Positions 1 to 9,085 are shown, counted from the stretch's first letter. The stretch is 64,000 nt of DNA from Acidobacteriota bacterium (GCA_965217775.1 CBDCJH010000002.1:6208001-6272000), one strand, 5' to 3'. Translations and numbers: made by a program. The notes: a model not told the origin generated them from the letters alone.

Positions 1-135
1 GGTCAGGATCATCTCTGGAAGCAGCAGCGCAACTACGTTCTGGCCAACGCCTCTCCGGAGAAGGCGTCCGAGGCGGCATTGTCCAACCTCTGCCAGACGC
101 TGTTTGCCACCAACGAGTTTCTCTATCTGGAATAA
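1..135 (+). CDS. 3' end of a DUF1553/PSD1-type protein (partial, runs off the window)
   Basis: Frame 1 reads ...AALSNLCQTLFATNEFLYLE-stop, matching the typical C-terminus of DUF1549/DUF1553 proteins. Confidence 0.7.
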   Translation, partial: GQDHLWKQQRNYVLANASPEKASEAALSNLCQTLFATNEFLYLE

Positions 136-216
136 CGGGTGACCGTCCCTCCCGGCTGATCTTCACCGCCGCCAATCGAGCGGATCGGAGAATCGCCCCG
201 ACCGAGTCGACAAGTC

Positions 217-1494
217 ATGTCCCTGGAACTGCGAAACCGGATCATTCAGGAACTGGATTCGATGTGGCTCATCGATCCGCACACCCACATCGACCCTCAC
301 CGGCCCGCTGCCGAGACGCTGGCCGACATCCTGGGGTATCACTACTACACGGAGCTGGCCCATTCCGCCGGCATGCCCAGAGAGCAGATCGAGGACCCCG
401 ATATCGGACCCAGAGAAAAGACGGCGCGGCTCATCGCCCATCTGGGGCCGGTGGAGAACACCGTGCAGTACAGTTGGCTGGTGGAGATGGCCCAAGCGCT
501 GTTCGGCTTCGACGGGGACCGGATCACGCCGGACAACTGGGAGGCGGTCTATGAGTTGTCTGAGAGCCTCATGTCCTCGGAGACCTGGGAACAGGACGTG
601 CTCCGGAGGAGCCGGCTCCGGCGGGTGTTTCTGACCAGCGACTTCGACGACCCCTTGGAGGGGTTCGACACGCAGCTCTACGTCCCCTGCCTCAGGACCG
701 ACGATCTGGTGTTCGGCCTTGCCGATCCGGCGGTGCGCCGCCGCCTGGAAGGAGCGGCTGGGGTCTCCCTTCACAACCCCACGGACTTGCGCAGCGCCAT
801 GGGCGCCCTGTTCGAACACTTCACCTCCCGCAACGCCCGGGCCGTAGCCATCTCGCTGCCTCCCGACTTCACCCCGGCGAGGATTTCGGCAGGAGATGCG
901 GCCAGGGCGCTGGAAGGCATCCTGAGGGGTAAAGACGACGGCGACTCGCGGCGCGTGTGGTCCCTGTACGTCTTCTGGACCATCGCCGAATTCTGTGCCG
1001 AGTTCGGTCTGCCGTTCGATTTGATGATCGGAGTCAACCGAGGCGTCTACGAAGCGGGAGTCTTCCAGGGCCAGGACCTGTATGACAGCCGCGTCTCCCT
1101 GATTCAGTACCGCGAACTTTTCAATGCTTTTCCCCGGGTGACTTTCCCCATCTCGGTGCTGGCCAGCGTCACCAATCAGGAACTGACCAGCTACGCCTGG
1201 ATCTTTCCCAACGTGGTGACCCACGGGCACTGGTGGTACTCCAACGCCCCGGCCTTTCTGGAAGGGGATCTGGCGGCCCGGCTCGAGACCGTGCCCGCCA
1301 CCAAGCAGATCGGTTACTACAGCGACATGTACAAGTTGGAGTTCGCGCTGCCCAAGTTCGCCATGTACAAGAGGACGCTGGCCAAGGTGCTGGCGGAGCG
1401 GTTCGTCATCGATCGGGGATGGTCCGAGCTCAGGGCCGTAAGGTTGGGACGGCAGGTGCTGCGGAGCAACGTCGACGCCATCTTCGGCTTCTGA
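217..1494 (+). CDS. Amidohydrolase-superfamily uronate (glucuronate) isomerase-like protein
   Basis: N-terminal DPHTH metal motif, HGHWWY and YYSD motifs as in UxaC-like enzymes; 425 aa. Confidence 0.75.
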   Translation: MSLELRNRIIQELDSMWLIDPHTHIDPHRPAAETLADILGYHYYTELAHSAGMPREQIEDPDIGPREKTARLIAHLGPVENTVQYSWLVEMAQALFGFDGDRITPDNWEAVYELSESLMSSETWEQDVLRRSRLRRVFLTSDFDDPLEGFDTQLYVPCLRTDDLVFGLADPAVRRRLEGAAGVSLHNPTDLRSAMGALFEHFTSRNARAVAISLPPDFTPARISAGDAARALEGILRGKDDGDSRRVWSLYVFWTIAEFCAEFGLPFDLMIGVNRGVYEAGVFQGQDLYDSRVSLIQYRELFNAFPRVTFPISVLASVTNQELTSYAWIFPNVVTHGHWWYSNAPAFLEGDLAARLETVPATKQIGYYSDMYKLEFALPKFAMYKRTLAKVLAERFVIDRGWSELRAVRLGRQVLRSNVDAIFGF

Positions 1495-1514
1495 GAAAAA
1501 GGCTGGGCGACCTG

Positions 1515-1576
1515 GGAGGAGGGACATTCCTGTCCCCCCTCTTCGTTCTTGTCCCCCTTTTCGTTGCCGACCCGGA
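1515..1576. repeat. REP-like palindromic repeat (GGGACA-N4-TGTCCC core), copy 1
   Basis: GGAGGAGGGACATTCCTGTCCCCCCTCTTC plus a partial second unit and a GCCGACCCGGA tail; the same composite occurs at 45411-45487; lies between convergent genes. Confidence 0.65.
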
Positions 1577-1584
1577 TTCAGCGA

Positions 1585-2634
1585 CTAGTACCCCGAAACT
1601 TCCACCGGCTCAGGTTGAGGGAGGTCCACCTTGGCCAGGTAGATGCTGGTCTTCTCCTCGTGCGAGGAGTAGTAGCTGAGCCAGAGCAGTCCCTCGTGCC
1701 ACACCATCCCGGGGTAGCTGGTGTCCCCTCCGGAGGGTAGGCGGATCAGTTCGGAGACGGTCCCGGCCTCAGGGTCCAGAGACCAGAGGAGGGTTCTTCT
1801 CTCCCCGTCGGGAAAGTAGAGCCGCCCGGAAGCCACCATTCTCCCGTCCGGGAGGGAGATCAGGTTGGGGCCGCCGATGCGCACACCCAACTCCTTCCAA
1901 TTCCACAGCGTGTAGGGCGGCTCCGAGACGCCCACCTGGGCCGAGTTGTCGGTCTTTCCGTCCCGCCGCAGGAGGCAGACTGCCGTTCCGTCCTCACGGA
2001 AGACGATGGCCGACTCGTTGGGATAGCCGCGGCTGAAGAAGACGTTCACGTGGGTTTCGAACTGGACCCCGTCTGCGCTCTTGTAGAGCCGGGCGAACTC
2101 CTCCTGACTGTTGCGATGGCTGGACGATCTTCTTGTCGCGTAGCCGACTCCGTAGCCCGTTCCCTCATGCCAGGTCACCCTCCAGAGCCAGAAATCTTGT
2201 TCGCCCACCGGCTCCCGGGGAGTCCACTCCTTTCCGTCCTTGGAAAAGGAAACCCACGGATTGAATTCGATGAGATCGTCGCCCAACGATCTCGTCTCCG
2301 CGCCCAGAAGCATGAGCCGTCCGTCGGGAGTAACCACGATCTTGGGATCTCTCAGGTCGTTTCCCGGTTCGGGCTGCATATGGACGGCGGAAGACCAGTC
2401 CTCTCCATCGGCGGAAGTGATCACGCGGATGGAACCGTCAGAGGAGACGTGGCCGTCTCCCTCCCGGAAGGTGCAGTACCATCGGTCCTGGAACCGCACC
2501 AGGTCGGTGAAGGCGTTGTGGGGAGCCTGGTCCCAGATCTTCTGAACCGAAACCAGCTTGGCGCCGGACGGTCCGCACCCCGCCGTCACGGCCAACACCA
2601 GCAGCAATCGACAGCAACGGCTCCAACCTGACAT
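1585..2634 (-). CDS. BNR/Asp-box (sialidase-fold) beta-propeller lipoprotein
   Basis: Asp-box repeats SADGEDW, SKDGKEW, SADGVQF; lipobox LAVTAGC; start moved to ATG 2634 because the longer ORF overlaps tRNA-Thr. Confidence 0.8.
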   Translation of the reverse strand: MSGWSRCCRLLLVLAVTAGCGPSGAKLVSVQKIWDQAPHNAFTDLVRFQDRWYCTFREGDGHVSSDGSIRVITSADGEDWSSAVHMQPEPGNDLRDPKIVVTPDGRLMLLGAETRSLGDDLIEFNPWVSFSKDGKEWTPREPVGEQDFWLWRVTWHEGTGYGVGYATRRSSSHRNSQEEFARLYKSADGVQFETHVNVFFSRGYPNESAIVFREDGTAVCLLRRDGKTDNSAQVGVSEPPYTLWNWKELGVRIGGPNLISLPDGRMVASGRLYFPDGERRTLLWSLDPEAGTVSELIRLPSGGDTSYPGMVWHEGLLWLSYYSSHEEKTSIYLAKVDLPQPEPVEVSGY

Positions 2635-2700
2635 GTCGTCTCCCCTATCTCGATCCGAGTTGATCCAAGACCCAGCGGCCGTAGTCGCCCGGCAAAATAA

Positions 2701-2775
2701 TGGAGCCGGCGAAGGGAATTGAACCCCCAACCTACGCATTACGAATGCGCCGCTCTACCGTTGAGCTACGCCGGC
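2701..2775 (-). tRNA. tRNA-Thr(CGT)
   Basis: Reverse complement GCCGGCGTAGCTCAACGGTAGAGC...GCGCATT-CGT-AATGCGT...GGTTCAATTCC...GCCGGCTCCA folds as a cloverleaf with encoded CCA. Confidence 0.97.
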
Positions 2776-2796
2776 TCCCAGTGGAGGAAAGAACAC

Positions 2797-2826
2797 ATTA
2801 TAGGAACAAGTCACCAGGACTGCCAA
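2797..2826 (-). promoter_or_regulatory. Putative sigma70 promoter of tRNA-Thr
   Basis: Minus strand TTGGCA-N18-TATAAT ending about 22 nt upstream of the tRNA. Confidence 0.5.
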
Positions 2827-2884
2827 CGAGCGTGAGCCGAACTCCGAGCCAAATTCGCATTTCCCTGTGAAAGGAGGTGTCGCG

Positions 2885-3400
2885 ATGTTGAGCTTGAGGA
2901 TGGAATCGTATCGGACCCAGTTCGTCGCTTTGGTCCTGGTGGGGCTGATGGCCCTACCGTTGCGTGCGGGTGTGATTCCCGGACGGTGGGAGAAGGTTTC
3001 CCAATTGGAGGCCGGTGCGTCCCTCACCGTGGAAATGAAGAATGGCGATCGAGTCAAGGGGCATTTCATGGTGCTGTCCGAGTTTAGCCTCGAACTCCTG
3101 ATCCACCCCTCTCGTGCCGCGATTCCGAGAAAGGGAATCCAGAGGATTACCCATCATCCGAGAGATGGCGTGGGCGACGGCGTCGGCCGTGGAGCGTTAT
3201 ACGGTGCAGCGGCTGGAGCAGGACTTGGAGCCCTGTTCGAGGATCCTGAAGGTGGCGGTAGCGTAGAACAAAAGATCTTTAATGCGGCTGTTGCCGGTGC
3301 GATTGGGGCTTTGATCGGGGTCGGGCTCGGTTTAGTCAGTGATGCCGTTGTGAAGACCCCGTCGGCCGTAGTTTACGAAGCCCGGCTAATCTCCCGATGA
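2885..3400 (+). CDS. Secreted glycine-zipper hairpin protein, array paralog 1
   Basis: AAGGAGG RBS; signal peptide ending LRA; VIPGRWEKV and TVEMKNGDRVKG motifs; two GxxxG helices; ends VVYEA. Confidence 0.85.
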   Translation: MLSLRMESYRTQFVALVLVGLMALPLRAGVIPGRWEKVSQLEAGASLTVEMKNGDRVKGHFMVLSEFSLELLIHPSRAAIPRKGIQRITHHPRDGVGDGVGRGALYGAAAGAGLGALFEDPEGGGSVEQKIFNAAVAGAIGALIGVGLGLVSDAVVKTPSAVVYEARLISR

Positions 3401-3627
3401 ATGGCCTTCCGTCTAACGTTCTCCCACGGCTGTCCTGACCTGGCGGCGAGCCATGATCGATTCAATCGAAGCTCTGTTCGTTTGCGGCCGCTCTGGCCGC
3501 GTCGATGCCGGAGCGACGGGTTGTCCTCTGTTCACCCTGTCCGGGAACAAATTTCCTGGAATTGCCACTGCGGATGAGCCGATCTCGGAAGAAAAATCAC
3601 ATTCCTCGGTGAAAAGGAGGTGTTGCG

Positions 3628-4122
3628 ATGATGATCTCGATGATGAAGTCGTACCGAAAACAAGTTGTCTCATTGATCCTTGTGTGCCTGATCTCACTGC
3701 CGTTGCAGGCGCAGGTGATTCCGGGACGCTGGGAGAAGGTCTCGGCCCTGCAGGTGGCGTCACCCATTACGGTGGAACTGAAGGACGGGGATCGAATCAA
3801 GGGTCACTACGAAGACCTTTCCGACACGGACGTCATGCTCGTAACCCACTTCTCCCGGGCTGTGATTCCCAAAGAGGACATAGAGACGATCACGACTCAA
3901 CCGGTGGACGACCTGTCCAACGGTACTCTGATCGGAGGCGGGATTGGAGCCGGGATCATGAGTGTATGGACCGCCGCCTGGTATGCCAAGTCGTATGAGA
4001 GAGCGAATGCGCTGGGCATATTGATGATGGCCGGAATTGGTTTCGGAATCGGGGCGGGGCTTGGCGCTGCGGGCGATGCCCTCGAGAAGCCCGTGCCCAT
4101 CGTACTCTACGAAGCTCCCTGA
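3628..4122 (+). CDS. Secreted glycine-zipper hairpin protein, array paralog 2
   Basis: AAGGAGG RBS; same architecture; ends IVLYEAP. Confidence 0.85.
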   Translation: MMISMMKSYRKQVVSLILVCLISLPLQAQVIPGRWEKVSALQVASPITVELKDGDRIKGHYEDLSDTDVMLVTHFSRAVIPKEDIETITTQPVDDLSNGTLIGGGIGAGIMSVWTAAWYAKSYERANALGILMMAGIGFGIGAGLGAAGDALEKPVPIVLYEAP

Positions 4123-4221
4123 CAACCTGGACGAAATCATGGTGCGGCATCGGACCACCTGAGTTGGTGAGCCAATTCCCGCCGAGAAATCGCATCTCCC
4201 TGTGAAGAAGGAGGCGTTGTG

Positions 4222-4719
4222 ATGATGAATTCAAGGATGAAGTCGTACCGGATTCAAGCGATCTCTGTGGCCCTGACGGGACTGATCTCACTGCCGTTGC
4301 AAGCGCAGGTGATTCCGGGGCGATGGGAAAAGGTCTCGGCTCTGGCGGTCTCATCTCCCATTACCGTGGAACTGAAGGACGGAGATCGAATCAAGGGTCA
4401 TTACGAGGGCCTTTCCGCCACCGACGTTATGGTTGTGAGTCACTTCTCCCGCGCAGTGATTCCGAAAGAGGGCATCGAGACCATTACGATTCGGCCGGAA
4501 GACGGTGTGGGGGACGGTGCCGGGATCGGCGCGGGAGTCGGGTTCGGGATCGGGGCGGGGATCGCCTTGGGCCTGATTCTCAAGCACGGTGGTGGAGAGG
4601 GTGCATTGGGAGCTCTCTTGTTGCTCGGTGGCGTCGGGGCAGGAGTCGGGGCCGGGCTCGGAGCAGCAGGAGATGCCGCCACCAGACCCTTGGAGATCGT
4701 GCTTTACGAAGCTCCCTGA
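4222..4719 (+). CDS. Secreted glycine-zipper hairpin protein, array paralog 3
   Basis: AAGGAGG RBS; mature N-domain 55/64 aa identical to paralog 2; ends IVLYEAP. Confidence 0.85.
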   Translation: MMNSRMKSYRIQAISVALTGLISLPLQAQVIPGRWEKVSALAVSSPITVELKDGDRIKGHYEGLSATDVMVVSHFSRAVIPKEGIETITIRPEDGVGDGAGIGAGVGFGIGAGIALGLILKHGGGEGALGALLLLGGVGAGVGAGLGAAGDAATRPLEIVLYEAP

Positions 4720-4775
4720 CCACGGGCAACGCGACTCGCGTGGTTTCTGCCTGGCGCAAAGGAGGTGTTTCGGTG

Positions 4776-5273
4776 ATGCACTCAGTGATGAACTCTTTCC
4801 GGATCCATACGATCTCCGCTACGTTGGCGGCACTGCTGTCACTATCGGCTAGTGCGGAGGTGATCCCAGGACGTTGGGAGAAGGTTGCCAGTCTGGCTGT
4901 CGCGTGGCCAATCACCGTTGAATTGAAAAACGGCGATCGAATCAGAGGGAACTTCAGCGGGCTGACCGATTTGAACCTCACACTGGCGACCTACTCTGCC
5001 CGGGCGGTCATACCGAAAGCGGACATTCAAACCATTACCACGCGCCCGAGGGACGGCTTGGCCAATGGTGCCAAGACTGGAGCTGCGGTCGGAGCTGGGT
5101 TCGTCTGCGCACTTGTTGCCGCGTTTGTGATTGCAGAACGACGTGCGAAACCTTTGTGGGTGTTGTCCCTTACGCCCATCGGAGCGGCGGTGGGATCCGG
5201 GATCGGTGTGGCTGTCGACGCCGCCATGAACGCGCCGCCAATCGTACTCTACGAAGCGCCCGAAACTCGTTGA
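4776..5273 (+). CDS. Secreted glycine-zipper hairpin protein, array paralog 4
   Basis: AAGGAGG RBS before ATG 4776 (inside track ORF 4323-5273); signal peptide ending ASA; EVIPGRWEKV; IVLYEAP. Confidence 0.85.
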   Translation: MHSVMNSFRIHTISATLAALLSLSASAEVIPGRWEKVASLAVAWPITVELKNGDRIRGNFSGLTDLNLTLATYSARAVIPKADIQTITTRPRDGLANGAKTGAAVGAGFVCALVAAFVIAERRAKPLWVLSLTPIGAAVGSGIGVAVDAAMNAPPIVLYEAPETR

Positions 5274-5314
5274 GACGGCTCCGGAAAGGGTTGCCCGATC
5301 TATATTTCGGAAGT

Positions 5315-5638
5315 TCAGGACTGGGCTTGCTTGAGGGCGGCCGCCTGGGCCTTGGCGCCCATGTCCTCCGCTTCCTGGATCCAGCCCTTCGCGTGGTAGA
5401 ACATGGACAAACTGGTGTAGGCCAGCGGGTTGTCCGGCTCCACGTCCCGGTAGCGGAGGCCGTACTTGAGCGCCCGGTCCGGATCCTTGTTGTGGTAGCA
5501 GCACATGGCTGCGGCGTGCAGGGCGTCGCCGTAGTTGGCGTCCTCTTCCAGCGCCCGGTCGAAGGCGGCGACGGCTTCGTCCATGCGGTCATCGGCGAAA
5601 AGGTCCATTCCCTTAAAGTAGTAGTCTTCCTTGGGCAT
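5315..5638 (-). CDS. Small TPR-repeat protein
   Basis: MPKEDYYFKG...EAVAAFDRALEEDANYGDAL...PDNPLAYTSL TPR pattern; start placed at ATG 5638. Confidence 0.75.
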   Translation of the reverse strand: MPKEDYYFKGMDLFADDRMDEAVAAFDRALEEDANYGDALHAAAMCCYHNKDPDRALKYGLRYRDVEPDNPLAYTSLSMFYHAKGWIQEAEDMGAKAQAAALKQAQS

Positions 5639-5733
5639 CGGCTCCTCGAAAACATCGTCGCCCACGCCGGGCTTCCCGTCAAGAAACCGGCCCGAGGGCG
5701 ATTCGTTGGTGAATTCCCAGTGTTCTGATTTGG

Positions 5734-7137
5734 CTACTCCAGCCGGTTCCCGTCCGTGTCGTAGATTGAAACGGGACCCAACTGGGCCAGGTCCTTCTCC
5801 ACCTGCGAACGGTCGGCCACCACCGTGATGACGGTCCGTTCCGGATCCAGGTAGGTTCGAGCCGTCTCTTGGATCACGTCCGGAGTGACCCGCTGCAGTC
5901 GCTGGACGTAGTTCCGATAGTAGTTTTCCGGGAGGCCGTCCAAGCACCGGCTGGCTTCCAGGTGAGCCACCGAATCGGAGGTCTCCAGGAAGCGGATGAA
6001 TCGGCCGGCCAGTTCCGCCCGGCAACGATTCAGCTCCCGAGACCCCGGGGGCTCCCGTCTCAGGCGGTCAATCTCCTTCAGGCTCTCCGCCACCGACTCG
6101 GCCGCTACGTCGCTCCGCACGTCGCCACCGATGAGGATGACCCCGTCGTGCCGGTACCACTTCACGGTGCTGTAGGCCCCGTAGGTATAGCCCTTTTCCT
6201 CTCTCAGGTTCAGAAAGAGACGGGAGCTGGCGCTGCCCCCCAGGATCTGGTTGGCCAGGAACAGGGGCGTCGAGTCCCGGTGGCCCCGGGGCAGTCCGCG
6301 ACCGGCCACCACGATCCGGGCCTGGACGGAATGGGGCCGGTGTACCAGCAACACCCGCCGTGATTCCGGGGCCGGCGGCAGCGGGGCGGGGTCCGGCTGG
6401 GACACCTCTCCCCTCCAGCATCCCAGGTAACGCTCGGCCAAACGTGTCGCCCGATCCGGTTTCACGGCTCCCGAGAAGGCAAGCAGGGCTCCTTGAGGCG
6501 CCAATAGCCGCCGGTGAATACGGCACAACGCGTCACGGTCCGCCGCCTCCACGTGGGACACTGGGAACGAGACCCGAGCATAGGGGTGGCTGCGGTAGAG
6601 AGCCGCATGGCTCCGCTCCCGCGCCAGGAACGCCGGTTGGGACCGCTGGGACAGAAGGTGGCTTCTCCAGCGGCTCCGGGCCTTCTCCAATTCCTCTTCC
6701 GGGAATGCCGGGTGCAACACCAGGTCCGCCAGCAACTCCAGGGCCGGCTCCAGGTAACGGGCCAAAACCGTCAGGGTGATCCGGCTCTGCTCCATCCGGA
6801 CCTGAGTGCCGTAGTGGATCGCCAGTTGGTCCAGTAGATTCGCAACCTGACGGGCGGAACGGGTCTCGGTTCCCTCTTCCAAAAGCTCGATGGCCAGACT
6901 CGTCAGGGCCAGGTTTCCGGTGGAATCGGAGGTGCGGCCCGTGGGCCAGGCCAGGCAGAGGGAGACCTTGGGAAGGGCGAAGTCCTCGACCGTCAGAACC
7001 CGAAGCCCGTTCCCCAGGACGGTATCCGGAATCTCCGGATAGCCCGGTTTCGGCAACGGCGCTATCGGTGGTGGCTGGTCCATCCGCATGATCGTCGTCG
7101 TCCGCGTCTCGCCTGCGGGCAATGGTGCAACCTCCAA
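5734..7137 (-). CDS. M16B (pitrilysin-family) peptidase, non-catalytic subunit
   Basis: LGNGLRV N-terminus, SSRLFLNLREEKGYTYG (R-Y motif), no HxxEH; start may be ATG 7089. Confidence 0.85.
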   Translation of the reverse strand: MEVAPLPAGETRTTTIMRMDQPPPIAPLPKPGYPEIPDTVLGNGLRVLTVEDFALPKVSLCLAWPTGRTSDSTGNLALTSLAIELLEEGTETRSARQVANLLDQLAIHYGTQVRMEQSRITLTVLARYLEPALELLADLVLHPAFPEEELEKARSRWRSHLLSQRSQPAFLARERSHAALYRSHPYARVSFPVSHVEAADRDALCRIHRRLLAPQGALLAFSGAVKPDRATRLAERYLGCWRGEVSQPDPAPLPPAPESRRVLLVHRPHSVQARIVVAGRGLPRGHRDSTPLFLANQILGGSASSRLFLNLREEKGYTYGAYSTVKWYRHDGVILIGGDVRSDVAAESVAESLKEIDRLRREPPGSRELNRCRAELAGRFIRFLETSDSVAHLEASRCLDGLPENYYRNYVQRLQRVTPDVIQETARTYLDPERTVITVVADRSQVEKDLAQLGPVSIYDTDGNRLE

Positions 7138-7138
7138 T

Positions 7139-8434
7139 TCAACCCTGTCCCGGCTCCACCAGCAGCAGGGTCCGATTCTCAGGGCGGAAGGTCTCGGCGG
7201 CCACCCGGAGGATATCCTGGGGAGTCGTCTCGGTGTACCGGGACCATTCCCGGTTGATTTCCCCAGCGTCTCCGTAAAACACGGCGTGGTGGGCCAGGAT
7301 CTCGCCCACGTCCGAAACCTTCTCCAACCGGCGGACGAAGCGAAACACGAGCTGATTGCGGGCCTTGTCCAACTCCTGAGGAGTCACCACCTCCCGGCCC
7401 AGCCGACCCAGCTCGCTTTCCACCAGGTCCAGGACCGGGTCGACCGGGACTCCGTCCTGAATCTGCAGGAAGATGTCGAACATACTCGGGCCACGGTACT
7501 GGTTGGGCCCGGCCGACAGTCCGGCGACCCAGTTCCGCTCGTAGACCAGTTGGCGGTAGAGGCGCGAGGAGGAGCCGTCCGTCAGCAGCAGGGCGAGGAC
7601 GCTGAGGGCGTAGTACTCCGGACTCCCCACGGGCGGCATGTGGTAGCCCATGATGACCAGGGGGAGCACGGCCAGGGGATCCCGGATCGCCTCTCGTTTC
7701 TCCTCCTGTTGAGAAGGTTCCCGCAACGCCGGCCGGCGGGAACGAGTCCGATCCGGAATCGGCCCGAAGTACCGGTGGATCGACTCCAGGGCGCCGGCCT
7801 CCTGCAGGTCTCCCGAAAGGACCAGCACGGCGTTTCCCGGTCCGTAGTGCGTCCGGTGAAACTCCCTGGCGTCGGCCAGGGTCGCTCGTCTCAGATCTTC
7901 GACCGCGCCGATGATGGGATGGGCGTATTCCCAGCTCTCGTAGGCCAGGTCGTCCAGTCTCAGGAAAGCGCGCCCGTAGGGCCGGTTGTCGTAGCTCTGC
8001 TTCTTCTCCTCGATGACCGTCTGCCGCTGGTTCTCGAAATTCTCCGCGGTCACCTCCAGGGAGTTCATGCGGTCCGCCTCCAGCCACAGTCCCAGGTCCA
8101 GGCAGTTGGACGGCAGCGTTTCGTGGTAGGCGGTGCGGTCCTTGCTGGTGGTGGCGTTCCAGCGTCCCCCCGCCTCGTCCACGTATCGGCCGTGTTCGTT
8201 CTTGGCCACGTTCCGGGACCCCTGGAACATCATGTGCTCGAAGAGGTGGGCCAGACCGGAAAGCCCCGGCACTTCGTAGCAGGAGCCGACCCGGTAATGG
8301 AGGCTGATGTGCACCAGGGGAACGCGGCGGCTGGGCCGCAGAATGACCTGGAGGCCGTTGGGCAAGGTTTCCTGCCGGAGCTGGACGCGTGGAATATTCA
8401 AGCTTTCCCCGGTGGGGTCCGCAGCCGTCTTCAT
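7139..8434 (-). CDS. M16B (pitrilysin-family) zinc peptidase, catalytic subunit
   Basis: GLAHLFEHMMF HxxEH motif, NATTS, LEADRM. Confidence 0.9.
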   Translation of the reverse strand: MKTAADPTGESLNIPRVQLRQETLPNGLQVILRPSRRVPLVHISLHYRVGSCYEVPGLSGLAHLFEHMMFQGSRNVAKNEHGRYVDEAGGRWNATTSKDRTAYHETLPSNCLDLGLWLEADRMNSLEVTAENFENQRQTVIEEKKQSYDNRPYGRAFLRLDDLAYESWEYAHPIIGAVEDLRRATLADAREFHRTHYGPGNAVLVLSGDLQEAGALESIHRYFGPIPDRTRSRRPALREPSQQEEKREAIRDPLAVLPLVIMGYHMPPVGSPEYYALSVLALLLTDGSSSRLYRQLVYERNWVAGLSAGPNQYRGPSMFDIFLQIQDGVPVDPVLDLVESELGRLGREVVTPQELDKARNQLVFRFVRRLEKVSDVGEILAHHAVFYGDAGEINREWSRYTETTPQDILRVAAETFRPENRTLLLVEPGQG

Positions 8435-8440
8435 GGGAGG

Positions 8441-8446
8441 ATTCTA
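8441..8446 (-). promoter_or_regulatory. Putative -10 box for a leaderless M16 peptidase transcript
   Basis: TAGAAT-CCTCCC-ATG on the minus strand; no SD sequence. Confidence 0.5.
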
Positions 8447-9085
8447 CCGTTTGGAGCTTGGATACCGGATCTCGAACTCGAAGAAGACCAGGGGTTCCTT
8501 GGCCGAAAAATTGTAGATCTCCGGGAGATAGAAGCGGCTCTTGGACAGGTCCCATCCGTCCCAGGGAATTTCATAGAAGACCACGCCGAAGTCCTTGGTG
8601 TACGGTGCGATGAGCTTCTCGCCGAACGCTTTCTGGTCGAAGTCGGCGAGCATCTCTTCGCTCGCGACTTTTACGCTCCGGGAGCCGCGGCGCCCCGGGC
8701 CCGGAGGTTCGATGGTTGAGATCGGGGGCCGCCGTTTGTTGTTCAGGTCCGCCAGCACGTCCAGGTAGTGCATCGGACGATGCTGGGTCCCGGCGGAATC
8801 GATCAGGAAGATGGCCCGGCCGTCGAGGCTCACCACGAAATCGTTGTTGTTTTCCACCACGATGAGCACCGGGAGAATCCTCTTCTTGCCGAACTTGTCG
8901 GTGTCGAACAACTGTCGGGCCTTGTACCGGGTGTCGCAGGGGTAGGCGGCGATGACCAGATTCTGGAATTCCTGATGGGAAGCGTACTGCCTGGCTGCTT
9001 TCGCGCGGATCTCCACCGGCTTGTAGCCGAGAGCCACAGAGCCCGCCAGAAGTTGCCCCGCCAGAAGAACGTAAAAGCTGGTCAT
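8444..9085 (-). CDS. Secreted hypothetical protein
   Basis: N-terminal signal peptide, GGAAGGA RBS and upstream TACAAT; 213 aa. Confidence 0.7.
   Translation of the reverse strand: MTSFYVLLAGQLLAGSVALGYKPVEIRAKAARQYASHQEFQNLVIAAYPCDTRYKARQLFDTDKFGKKRILPVLIVVENNNDFVVSLDGRAIFLIDSAGTQHRPMHYLDVLADLNNKRRPPISTIEPPGPGRRGSRSVKVASEEMLADFDQKAFGEKLIAPYTKDFGVVFYEIPWDGWDLSKSRFYLPEIYNFSAKEPLVFFEFEIRYPSSKR

Noticed and set aside
3401-4775. Integron cassette interpretation of the paralog array (GTCTAAC at 3411 fits RYYYAAC)
   Set aside because: No matching GTTRRRY or attC hairpin in the spacers and no integrase in the window
2885-5273. Diversity-generating retroelement explanation of the variable tips
   Set aside because: No reverse transcriptase, no template repeat, and the differences are not confined to adenines
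2701-5273. tRNA-integrated island at tRNA-Thr
   Set aside because: The array lies on the 5' side of the tRNA; no duplicated tRNA 3' end or integrase was seen (likewise none seen for tRNA-Gln)
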